Virus record (IMG/VR): IMGVR_UViG_3300013110_000406
DNA from: an uncultured virus (IMG/VR IMGVR_UViG_3300013110_000406)
Lineage: Duplodnaviria; Heunggongvirae; Uroviricota; Caudoviricetes
Length of the DNA: 64,000 bases
Reading direction: 5' to 3' (one strand)
The translations under genes and the position numbers were made by a program. Below the pieces are notes generated by a model. The model was not told the origin of the DNA and searched no databases. It saw nothing but the letters and a program-made list of their open reading frames with translations. Positions 30,609-38,671 of the stretch are shown here, piece after piece (the first letter of the stretch is position 1; each line of letters starts with the position of its first letter).

Positions 30609-31183
30609 TGATACTTGGTGTGGATATTTCCACCAGCATCACAGGTTTTGCGATTGTTACCGATAACGTGCTGGTATATTATGACTCTATTGATTTGCGA
30701 AAATACAAAGGCTTTTTCGCTAAGACAATCGCTATAAAAGAAAAGATACTGGACATTTTCGAAATGTACCAGCTTAATAACGATGACAAGATGACTGGAG
30801 ATTCTGAGTTTCCTATTCAGCACATCTATATTGAGCAATCTCTCCATATGTTTATGGGAGGCCGCTCATCAGCTAAAACACTTTCAACACTCACGCGCTT
30901 TAATGGCGTCGTAGCGTGGCTTCTCTTCGAACTATTTGAAATCGAACCACAATTTATCGGCGCTTCGTCTGCTCGCAAGCAAGTCGGCATTAGAGTTCCG
31001 AGAGGTGAGAAAGCAAAACAAGTTGTTTTGAAATATTTACTTGACAACGAACCCACTTTTAAGATACAATATACAAGTAAGGGCAATCCCAAACCTGAAT
31101 CTTATGATCGGGCGGATGCAATTATAATCGCGAGAGCGGGAGATATAATTGAGCGAGAAAAAGAAACACAAGATTCTGTGTGA
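30608..31183 (+). CDS. RuvC-like Holliday junction resolvase
   Basis: MILGVDISTSITGFAI (catalytic Asp), IYIEQ (Glu) and C-terminal DRADAIIIA: RNase H-fold RuvC catalytic pattern. Confidence 0.85.
   Translation: MILGVDISTSITGFAIVTDNVLVYYDSIDLRKYKGFFAKTIAIKEKILDIFEMYQLNNDDKMTGDSEFPIQHIYIEQSLHMFMGGRSSAKTLSTLTRFNGVVAWLLFELFEIEPQFIGASSARKQVGIRVPRGEKAKQVVLKYLLDNEPTFKIQYTSKGNPKPESYDRADAIIIARAGDIIEREKETQDSV
31041..31070 (+). promoter_or_regulatory. Possible sigma70-type promoter for the primase, inside the resolvase gene
   Basis: TTGACA (31041-46), 18-nt spacer, TACAAT (31065-70), about 80 nt upstream of the primase start. Confidence 0.4.
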
Positions 31184-32084
31184 TGTATTAGGATATTCAC
31201 ATACAAATGGTTCCGAAACACTTTTCAAATGCCCTGCGTGCGATCACCACAAGCTTAAACTCTCTGTTAACATCCGCAAGAATGTTTTTAAGTGTTGGGT
31301 ATGTGATTATCGTGGTCGTAATATTCGCCGGCTGGTTCGTCGTTTTGGAACGTTTGTTCAACTACAGCGATGGGAAGAACTCACGGGTCGCCACGATCTC
31401 GATAGATTTGCTGAGCTATTTGATGATAGCGTTCGTGTGGACCCTCAGCCCACTTTGGATCTTCCAGAAGAATTTGTAAGTCTCGCCAGCAATGTGCCGG
31501 CAACTGGTGTATACGCTTATAAATACTTGTACTCACGCGGTATAACAAAGGCCGAGATTCTTAAGTGGAAGATAGGTTATTGTTTCAGCGGCGAGTATCG
31601 CAACCGCATTATCATCCCGTCCTTTAACGATGACGGCAATGTCAGTTATTTCATCGCGAGATCCTATAACGGAGATTCATACAAGTATAAGAATCCCAGA
31701 GCATCTAAAGACATTGTGTTCAATGAGCTATATATTGATTGGAACGATGACTTGACAATCGTGGAAGGGGTGTTTGATGCCATTACTGCCGGAAACAGCG
31801 TACCTATTTTGGGGTCCACTCTGCGATCTGACTCCGATCTCATCCGCAAAATCGTGTACAACGATACACCAGTCTTCGTTGCACTCGACCCCGATGCGCG
31901 AGAAAAAGAGAACAGGATTATTGAGACGCTTCTTAAATACGATGTCGAACTTTACAAGATTGACGTGAGTGGTTACGAGGACGTGGGCTCCATGCCGAAA
32001 GAGGTTTTCCGAGAGCGAAAACAAAAAGCAGAATTCATAGATAGAGACGACTATTTACTCATGAATTTACTCTCGGCAGTATAA
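31149..32084 (+). CDS. DNA primase (Zn-ribbon plus TOPRIM), DnaG/gp61-like
   Basis: CPACDHH...FKCWVC zinc ribbon, RIIIP, YKYKNP, IVEGVFDA and ALDPDA TOPRIM motifs. Confidence 0.9.
   Translation: MSEKKKHKILCDVLGYSHTNGSETLFKCPACDHHKLKLSVNIRKNVFKCWVCDYRGRNIRRLVRRFGTFVQLQRWEELTGRHDLDRFAELFDDSVRVDPQPTLDLPEEFVSLASNVPATGVYAYKYLYSRGITKAEILKWKIGYCFSGEYRNRIIIPSFNDDGNVSYFIARSYNGDSYKYKNPRASKDIVFNELYIDWNDDLTIVEGVFDAITAGNSVPILGSTLRSDSDLIRKIVYNDTPVFVALDPDAREKENRIIETLLKYDVELYKIDVSGYEDVGSMPKEVFRERKQKAEFIDRDDYLLMNLLSAV
32034..32084 (+). repeat. Direct repeat copy 1: 3' end of the primase gene
   Basis: 44/51 nt identical to 33463..33513 by manual alignment. Confidence 0.9.
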
Positions 32085-32089
32085 ACCGC

Positions 32090-32118
32090 TTGACATTTAC
32101 AGATAGATCGCTTATAAT
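32090..32118 (+). promoter_or_regulatory. Consensus sigma70 promoter, likely producing a leaderless mRNA
   Basis: TTGACA (32090-95), 17 nt, TATAAT (32113-18); the ATG at 32125 lies at the expected +1 with no SD. Confidence 0.85.
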
Positions 32119-32124
32119 AAGAAT

Positions 32125-32394
32125 ATGAAAGTAACAGCACTAAGGTGTAACAATTGCAACACCCTAATTTATTCTCGTACTCGTCACGATATGAGAGGCT
32201 GCCGGTGTTGGAAGAACGATTACGATAACATCGGAATTGCAATTGACGGCGGGTTCGACTATTGCAAGGTTCACGCCAGTCCAAAATCAGACTATGATTT
32301 TATTGCCGAGTATGATCTTGGAGAGGTTGACAGGAAAACGCTTTATCAAGATTGGAACACTCGAACCGATAATTATGGGATGATTACAGAATGA
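32125..32394 (+). CDS. Small Cys-motif hypothetical protein
   Basis: ALRCNNC...SRTRHDMRGCRC...IAIDGGFDY; starts directly after a consensus promoter. Confidence 0.75.
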   Translation: MKVTALRCNNCNTLIYSRTRHDMRGCRCWKNDYDNIGIAIDGGFDYCKVHASPKSDYDFIAEYDLGEVDRKTLYQDWNTRTDNYGMITE

Positions 32395-32969
32395 ACGAAG
32401 AAAACGACTTTAGACTTGTGAGAGCTTTCCCGCTCCTTTATGCAGATAGGGGCGGCTCTAAGCAATCAACGCTCATGTGTTGGGGCTTCTCGTGCGGCGA
32501 TGGCTGGTTTGATCTTATCTGGGATCTCTCAGAGAAGCTTGAGCCGATCATCAAGAAGTTTGTTGATGAAAATCCAAACCTTGAATGTTCGAATTGCGGC
32601 TGCAAGAAAGACAGACACTATGCTTGCAAGACCCGCAATCCCGGCAGGTGCCTATCGGTTCACGTCGATCCGGATTCAGATGAGGAGCCCCCTGGCAACT
32701 ATTATGCTTGCTTCTGTGATAGTTATGTGTCAAGTCATCCAAGGGCTGTTCAGGTGAAAGAGAAGTTCGGATCGCTTAGGTTCTATATGACATCAGAAAA
32801 CGACGAGATCCGCAGCCTAATCGGCGAAGCCGAAGCAAAATCGTGTGAAACCTGCGAGGAATGCGGAGATCCCGGCAAAGAAAGAGACACAAGTTGGATC
32901 CGAACGCTCTGCGACGGATGCTATGAGAATTGGGAGCAGATCCGAGCAGCGAGATGGAGCAAAGAATGA
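32391..32969 (+). CDS. Hypothetical protein with QVKEKFGSLRFY motif and Zn-binding Cys clusters
   Basis: GWFDLI...QVKEKFGSLRFY...CEECG..WIRTLCDGC; ATGA overlap with the previous gene. Confidence 0.75.
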   Translation: MNEENDFRLVRAFPLLYADRGGSKQSTLMCWGFSCGDGWFDLIWDLSEKLEPIIKKFVDENPNLECSNCGCKKDRHYACKTRNPGRCLSVHVDPDSDEEPPGNYYACFCDSYVSSHPRAVQVKEKFGSLRFYMTSENDEIRSLIGEAEAKSCETCEECGDPGKERDTSWIRTLCDGCYENWEQIRAARWSKE

Positions 32970-33211
32970 AACCAACACTTGAGTCTGGTGATATCATAAT
33001 CCGTCGCGCAAGTAATGGTTGGATTGTATTTGTAGAATCAGAGCACGAGCCAGATCACTTTATCACTCTCCTTTATGAAATCCCCGACACTGAATTCGGG
33101 GAACAAGAGTGCTTTATGAACCTTTTAGGAGCAGAGTTCCCAGAGCAATTTCAGTCAAAACATCGTGGCGGTATTCAAATGGAGTTGCGAACCAAGGGAC
33201 GAGAGCATTAA
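32966..33211 (+). CDS. Hypothetical protein
   Basis: ATGA overlap with the previous stop and GGAG SD support a start at 32966 (MKPTLESG...). Confidence 0.6.
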   Translation: MKPTLESGDIIIRRASNGWIVFVESEHEPDHFITLLYEIPDTEFGEQECFMNLLGAEFPEQFQSKHRGGIQMELRTKGREH

Positions 33212-33238
33212 GAAAAATATTGAAGTGATTGAAGAATA

Positions 33239-33460
33239 ATGAGCGAGAACACCAAAAAAGAAGATTGGCAGAGACTAGAAATCACAGATGTGATCGACAA
33301 TCCTGACGGAACTTCAACATTAGTTTTTGAACTCGAAGACGAGTTCAGAGAGTGGTTCAAGAAATCATTCGGATTAAAAAGGTGGAGCGACAAAAGGTTC
33401 GAGAAGGTGTTTCTTGAAGCAATTAGAGGCTATATAGAGAGGGAGACCGGAAAAGATTAA
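33239..33460 (+). CDS. Hypothetical protein
   Basis: 73-aa ORF colinear with the cassette. Confidence 0.6.
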   Translation: MSENTKKEDWQRLEITDVIDNPDGTSTLVFELEDEFREWFKKSFGLKRWSDKRFEKVFLEAIRGYIERETGKD

Positions 33461-33462
33461 TC

Positions 33463-33513
33463 TTTATCGATAGAGAAGACTATTTATTGATGAATTTACT
33501 CTCGGCAGTGTAG
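33463..33513 (+). repeat. Direct repeat copy 2: relic of a primase 3' end carrying the late-promoter motif
   Basis: Encodes FIDREDYLLMNLLSAV* versus primase FIDRDDYLLMNLLSAV*. Confidence 0.9.
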
Positions 33514-33523
33514 GAGAGCCCCG

Positions 33524-34582
33524 ATGAAAGTAACCAAATCAAAACTAAAGCAGATTATTAATGAAGAACTGGGACAAGAACTCCAAGAACTTTATATCCC
33601 TTTTATTGGCGGGAAACTTCCCGAGAAAGAATATGCAATCCGTAGGAAGCAGTTGGACGCCATTGGCGATATGGCAAATGACCTAAGCGCGGAAGAGGAA
33701 GAACAATTCTTAAGGTACGCGAGCCGGTTGGTAGCACCCAAGGAGGAAGGGGAAGGCTTTGTCCTGCTGAGCGACAGGATAGAAGCTGGTCTTCTAGGAC
33801 AATTGTTTCAACAACTGAGGCGCCTTCTGTATGACCGTCACCCTAAACATAAAGCACAGAGTCTTATGAACCGTTTTGATCAAAACGCAGATCGGTTGTC
33901 CAAAGAGTTGGGCGGACTAGCCCAAGAAATAGCCGATCAGAAAGCTGATGCTGCGGCAAGAGAAAAGGCCGCCCGGGAAGAAAGGTATGAGAGGGAACAA
34001 CGAGAAGAAGAAGAAGAAAAAGCAAGAGCGCGAAATAGGAGAGACGCAGAAGAAGCCCGTTCGGCGCAGGAGTACCTGAGTATGTCCGATGCAGAACGTA
34101 CTCGACTGCGCAAGCGGTCAGGATCGTCGTCCCACCGCGTTAACCCCGGCTTTGCAGGCTCAGGAAACATGGGCTATGGAGAATCACTCGATAGGAGAAT
34201 CCCAATGAAAGTAACCAAAGCACAACTTCAAGAGATCATCCTTGAAGAGCTTACAATCGCTTTAGACGAGCTTGGCGCTGGCAAAGGCGCCGGCATGAGC
34301 CTGCGCGCTGCCCAACTCGGTGGAACCGGACACGGCAAGCGCGATGAAGACGAAGAATACGTCGATCCCGAAGTCGATCCTTATGAGAAAGCGCTGGAAG
34401 CTCCGTTGGCCGAAGAAGAGGATGACGAGTGGATTCAAGACGCAGAGAAAGATATTAAAAAGCGCGGCACCGAGGGTGTCTGCACTGGGGATAAATTTGG
34501 TGGTCCCACATGCAAGCCTGGAACGAAACGATACAACTTAGCAAAGACGTTCCGGAAGATGGCGAAAGACCGCAAAAAATAA
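33524..34582 (+). CDS. Protein with MKVTKSKLKQIINEE leader and a second in-frame leader/start at 34205
   Basis: AGGAG SD before both 33524 and 34205; both begin ATGAAAGTAACCAAA. Confidence 0.75.
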   Translation: MKVTKSKLKQIINEELGQELQELYIPFIGGKLPEKEYAIRRKQLDAIGDMANDLSAEEEEQFLRYASRLVAPKEEGEGFVLLSDRIEAGLLGQLFQQLRRLLYDRHPKHKAQSLMNRFDQNADRLSKELGGLAQEIADQKADAAAREKAAREERYEREQREEEEEKARARNRRDAEEARSAQEYLSMSDAERTRLRKRSGSSSHRVNPGFAGSGNMGYGESLDRRIPMKVTKAQLQEIILEELTIALDELGAGKGAGMSLRAAQLGGTGHGKRDEDEEYVDPEVDPYEKALEAPLAEEEDDEWIQDAEKDIKKRGTEGVCTGDKFGGPTCKPGTKRYNLAKTFRKMAKDRKK

Positions 34583-34586
34583 AAGC

Positions 34587-34615
34587 TTGACTCTTGCTTG
34601 ACAATGAGTTATACT
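34587..34615 (+). promoter_or_regulatory. sigma70-type promoter for the Mre11-Rad50 fusion gene
   Basis: TTGACT (34587-92), 17 nt, TATACT (34610-15); intergenic; GGAGG SD and GTG start follow. Confidence 0.7.
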
Positions 34616-34640
34616 ATAAGAGTATCTATGCGGAGGGTAC

Positions 34641-37600
34641 GTGAAGTTTGCACATATAAGTGATACTCATATCAAAAATCTGAAGTATCATTATGAATAT
34701 CGAATCATATTCGAGCAGTTGTATGAGACACTGCGAGAACAAAAGGTCGATTACATTATACACTGTGGGGATATAGCCCACACCAAAACACAGATCTCAC
34801 CAGAGTTTGTTGAGATGTGTTCTGATTTTTTTCGCAGTCTCGCTGAGATTGCACCAACCTATATCATTCTAGGAAACCATGACGGCAACCTAAAGAACAG
34901 CAGTCGTCAAGACGCACTGACACCGATTGTCGACGCGCTCAATCTGCCGACACTGCACTTGCTTAAAGATTCAGGCGAGACTCATTTGAACGACGATTTC
35001 TGTTTGAATGTCTTGTCTGTTTTTGATCGAGACAACTGGATGAAGCCCACCAATACTGACAAGATCAATATTGCACTTTATCATGGCTCAATCTCTAATT
35101 GTAAAACTGATACCAATTGGACGATGAGTTTTGGTGAAGATGATATATCTATCTTTGACGATTTTGATTTTTCTATGCTTGGTGATATTCACCGTCGCCA
35201 ATTCCTAGATCACGATGGACGCGTTTGGTATGCTGGCTCAACTGTTCAGCAGAACCATGGCGAGACCAACGACAAAGGTATTCTCATTTGGGATATCAAA
35301 TCTAAAGACGAATGGGACATTGAGCCGATTGTGTTTAAAAACCCTAAGCCGTTCTTTACAATCCCGCTCACACTCAAGGGGCGGATGCCTCGCAATCTCC
35401 AAGTACCCACTGGCGCACGCCTGCGATTGGTTAGTAACAATAACCTTCCGCTTAACACGATGCGCCGAGCAATGGACATTGCGAAGCATCGCTTTAAGCC
35501 CGAGAGCATCTCGTTTCTCAACAGAGCAGCAGGCGAGCGCGGTAATGTAGAAGATCTAACTGACGGTATTAAGACAGAAAACCTGCGAGACATTAAAGTC
35601 CAAGAAGAACTGATTGACGAGTTCCTTTCAGATTACCAGACCGATGCCACAACCCTAGAGCGCGTGTTTGAGCTTAACAGCAAGTACAACAAGATTATCG
35701 AGGACCGAGAAGAGATCTCTAGAAACGTAAACTGGAGAATCAAGTCGTTTAAATGGGACAATCTGTTTAATTACGGAAAGGATAACTCCATCGACTTTGA
35801 AAACCTTAACGGCATCATTGGCGTTTTTGGAAAGAACTTCAGCGGCAAATCTAGCATCATTGATGCGGCCCTGTATACATTGTTCAACACCACCTCAAAG
35901 AACGAGCGCAAAAACCTCAACGTTATTAATCAACATCAAGAATCTTGCGAAGGCGTTTTAGAGATCGAGATCGGACACAAAGTCTACAACATTAAGCGCA
36001 CCTCTGAAAAATATACGAAACGCTTGAAAGGTGTTGAGACCTTAGAAGCCAAAACAGATTTGAACTTCGAAGTCTATGACCCTGTCACAGACGAGACAAC
36101 ATCCTTAAACGGCACCACACGCAATCAGACGGACGCAAATATTCGAAAGCACTTCGGGTCCATGGATGATTTTATGGTGTCTTCTCTGGCAAGCCAGCAC
36201 GGTGCATTGGGATTCATTGATGAGGGTTCGACACGTCGAAAGGAAATCATCGCCAAGTTCCTCGATTTGGAGCTGTTTGACCAAAAGTTTAAGATGGCCA
36301 AAGACGACTCTGTTGAGGCCAAGGCTCTCCTGCGCAAGTATGAGGATCGGGATTACAACACTGAGGTGCAGGCATTAGAAACCAGCTTGGAAGACTTGAC
36401 TGTACAAGCGGAAACTAATCGCACAACTTGCGAGGATTATCGTAAAGAACTTAAACTTCTGAACGAAGGAGCGAGACGCTTAGACGAGAAGATCAATTCT
36501 ATTCCTGGCAAGCTTATTGACATCACAAAAGTCATGACAGAGCAAAAAGATAAGCAAGTGTTGTCGAAGTTGTTGGAGGAGAAGATAACAAGCCAAACAG
36601 CACTGGCACTTGTCAAGCAGCAGAAAGTGGCAATATCAGAGAGCTTATTAGAGCTTATCGATCATGCCACCCTCACAGCCGACAAAGCAGAAATTGATAC
36701 TTTAGATCATAGTATTATGAATCTTCGAGAAGAGATTGAAAAGATTGGCAAAAAGGAAAAGCTTTTGAAGAGTATCCCCTGCGGCGATTCTTATCCTTCG
36801 TGTCGATTTATCAAAGATGCCTATATTGACGTAGCTAACAAGCCAGGAATTGAAGCAGACCTTCACGCGGCCGCTATGCGTTTAGAAACGTTGTCTCCTG
36901 ACGACACAGCCGAAAAGCTTGAAGAGTATCGTTTAACGCAAGAACTGATTGTAGAACTAAAGGCGGAAGTTGCCGCGCTGCAATTAGAATGCGAACGTAA
37001 TAAGAACACAAAGGCCACAACTGATCAAGAATTGATCACTCTCACCACCAAGGTCGCTGAATATAAGCAAAACAAAAAGGTTATTGATGGACTTGAAAAA
37101 GTCATCAAAGAACGACAAGGTTACCAAACTAAGATCGAGACTAAAAAAGAAAAGATTGAAATCTGTGATAACGAGACATTAGAGATTGTACGACAGGTGG
37201 GTTCCTATGAAGAGAAGATTGAATCTCTCAAGGCTCAAAGTAAGGAGTATCAAGACCTTCAGAATAGTTATGCGGCATACGATTTGCTTATGCAATGCAT
37301 GCACCCTAACGGAATCGCTTACGATATTATCAAGAAAAAGATTCCAGTCATTAACCAGGAGATTGCAAAAGTTCTCGCCAACATTGTTGAGTTCGAAGTG
37401 TTTTTTGAGACCAGCGGAAACAAGCTTGACATCTTTATTAAGCATCCTAAGCACGACGAACGGCCCATTGAAATGGCGTCAGGTGCAGAAAAGACAATGG
37501 CCGCGATGGCAATTCGTTTGGCTCTTTTAAGTGTTTCTTCACTTCCAAAGTCGGACTTGTTTATCCTCGATGAGCCGGGCACCGCATTGGACGAAGAAAA

Positions 37601-37748
37601 TATGGAGGGTTTTATTAGGATCTTGGAACTAATTAAGGTATATTTTAAGAACGTTCTCTTGATCTCGCATTTAGACTCTCTCAAAGATTGCGTCGACATG
37701 CAGATTGTAATAGAAAAGAAAAAAGGCTACGCAAAGGTAAACCAATAA
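34641..37748 (+). CDS. Fused SbcD-SbcC (Mre11-Rad50; T4 gp47-gp46-like) recombination nuclease/ATPase
   Basis: Metallophosphoesterase motifs SDTH, GDIAH, GNHD, HG, GDIH, then Walker A GKNFSGKSS, coiled coil, signature ASGAE, Walker B FILDEP and ISH. Confidence 0.92.
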   Translation: MKFAHISDTHIKNLKYHYEYRIIFEQLYETLREQKVDYIIHCGDIAHTKTQISPEFVEMCSDFFRSLAEIAPTYIILGNHDGNLKNSSRQDALTPIVDALNLPTLHLLKDSGETHLNDDFCLNVLSVFDRDNWMKPTNTDKINIALYHGSISNCKTDTNWTMSFGEDDISIFDDFDFSMLGDIHRRQFLDHDGRVWYAGSTVQQNHGETNDKGILIWDIKSKDEWDIEPIVFKNPKPFFTIPLTLKGRMPRNLQVPTGARLRLVSNNNLPLNTMRRAMDIAKHRFKPESISFLNRAAGERGNVEDLTDGIKTENLRDIKVQEELIDEFLSDYQTDATTLERVFELNSKYNKIIEDREEISRNVNWRIKSFKWDNLFNYGKDNSIDFENLNGIIGVFGKNFSGKSSIIDAALYTLFNTTSKNERKNLNVINQHQESCEGVLEIEIGHKVYNIKRTSEKYTKRLKGVETLEAKTDLNFEVYDPVTDETTSLNGTTRNQTDANIRKHFGSMDDFMVSSLASQHGALGFIDEGSTRRKEIIAKFLDLELFDQKFKMAKDDSVEAKALLRKYEDRDYNTEVQALETSLEDLTVQAETNRTTCEDYRKELKLLNEGARRLDEKINSIPGKLIDITKVMTEQKDKQVLSKLLEEKITSQTALALVKQQKVAISESLLELIDHATLTADKAEIDTLDHSIMNLREEIEKIGKKEKLLKSIPCGDSYPSCRFIKDAYIDVANKPGIEADLHAAAMRLETLSPDDTAEKLEEYRLTQELIVELKAEVAALQLECERNKNTKATTDQELITLTTKVAEYKQNKKVIDGLEKVIKERQGYQTKIETKKEKIEICDNETLEIVRQVGSYEEKIESLKAQSKEYQDLQNSYAAYDLLMQCMHPNGIAYDIIKKKIPVINQEIAKVLANIVEFEVFFETSGNKLDIFIKHPKHDERPIEMASGAEKTMAAMAIRLALLSVSSLPKSDLFILDEPGTALDEENMEGFIRILELIKVYFKNVLLISHLDSLKDCVDMQIVIEKKKGYAKVNQ

Positions 37749-38656
37749 TGAAATTATTAATGGAAAATTGGCGAAAATTTGTCAATGAAACTGAAGAAAA
37801 TCTTCACGAACTGGATAAGGGCGCGCTTTATGCGTTAAATAATCCAGGCACTCCCTTGGCAACTTACGTCGCGGTACTTAAGAAATATGCGAATGATCCA
37901 GAATTTGATAAGATCGCCGGCGCAGGCCAAGCCGATGGCCAGCCGGCCGATGAGGTGGCTAAGGTGCAGCCGGGCGCTATAGCTGCACAAGATCTCACAG
38001 CGACCCAAGCAGAAATTGGATTTGGAAATAGTCTGGCTGATCAGGTAGCTAATAAATACGACGCCACTAAAACTGCTCTTGGACTAAACGGATCTCCAAT
38101 TGTTATGGCTTCGAAGTCAGGTCCAGTTCCAATTTTAGTATACAATGGAAAATATATTTTAGACGGGCATCACCGGTGGTCACAAATTATGATGGTCAAT
38201 CCAGGTGGTACTGTTAAGGTCGACAATTTAACTGGACCCGCTATCGACAATGAAGAAGAGGCTCTTAAGGTTATGCAATTCGCCATCGCTGCGACTGCTG
38301 ACAAAGTAGTGACAAAGCCATTTGAGGGTGAAAATTTAATGCAAGCAAACGAGCAACAAGTAGCGAACTTTGTTCTTAAAAATGTTACTGATGAAGTCTT
38401 GCAGCTTTTAGTTCAGGCTGAGAAGATTGAAAAACCAGATAAACGCCTCGCTGCCCAATATATTGCTGGTAATCTGCCGGTCATTAAGAAGTCTGCCGGC
38501 CGGTTCTCTCGCGAGAAAAGTATGCCTCAAGCCGGCGACTCTGGCGTTTCACAGGATGCGGTTAATCAAGCGCTTGGCACAGGCAAGGTTAACTTTGATA
38601 GCCCCAAGCCGGCCGACGCATATGGGAACCGCCCAGAGAAAAAAGCCGCAGAATAA
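37748..38656 (+). CDS. ParB/Srx-like domain protein with MKLLMENWRKF leader
   Basis: LTATQ...PILV...YILDGHHRW motif; start re-placed at 37748 (TAATG overlap with the upstream stop). Confidence 0.7.
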   Translation: MKLLMENWRKFVNETEENLHELDKGALYALNNPGTPLATYVAVLKKYANDPEFDKIAGAGQADGQPADEVAKVQPGAIAAQDLTATQAEIGFGNSLADQVANKYDATKTALGLNGSPIVMASKSGPVPILVYNGKYILDGHHRWSQIMMVNPGGTVKVDNLTGPAIDNEEEALKVMQFAIAATADKVVTKPFEGENLMQANEQQVANFVLKNVTDEVLQLLVQAEKIEKPDKRLAAQYIAGNLPVIKKSAGRFSREKSMPQAGDSGVSQDAVNQALGTGKVNFDSPKPADAYGNRPEKKAAE

Positions 38657-38671
38657 TAAACGGAGATTATA

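Noticed and set aside
32034..33513. Cassette considered as an IS or integrative element with att sites
   Set aside because: No transposase or integrase inside, no inverted repeats, and the repeat divergence is codon-patterned, which fits recombination between related phages
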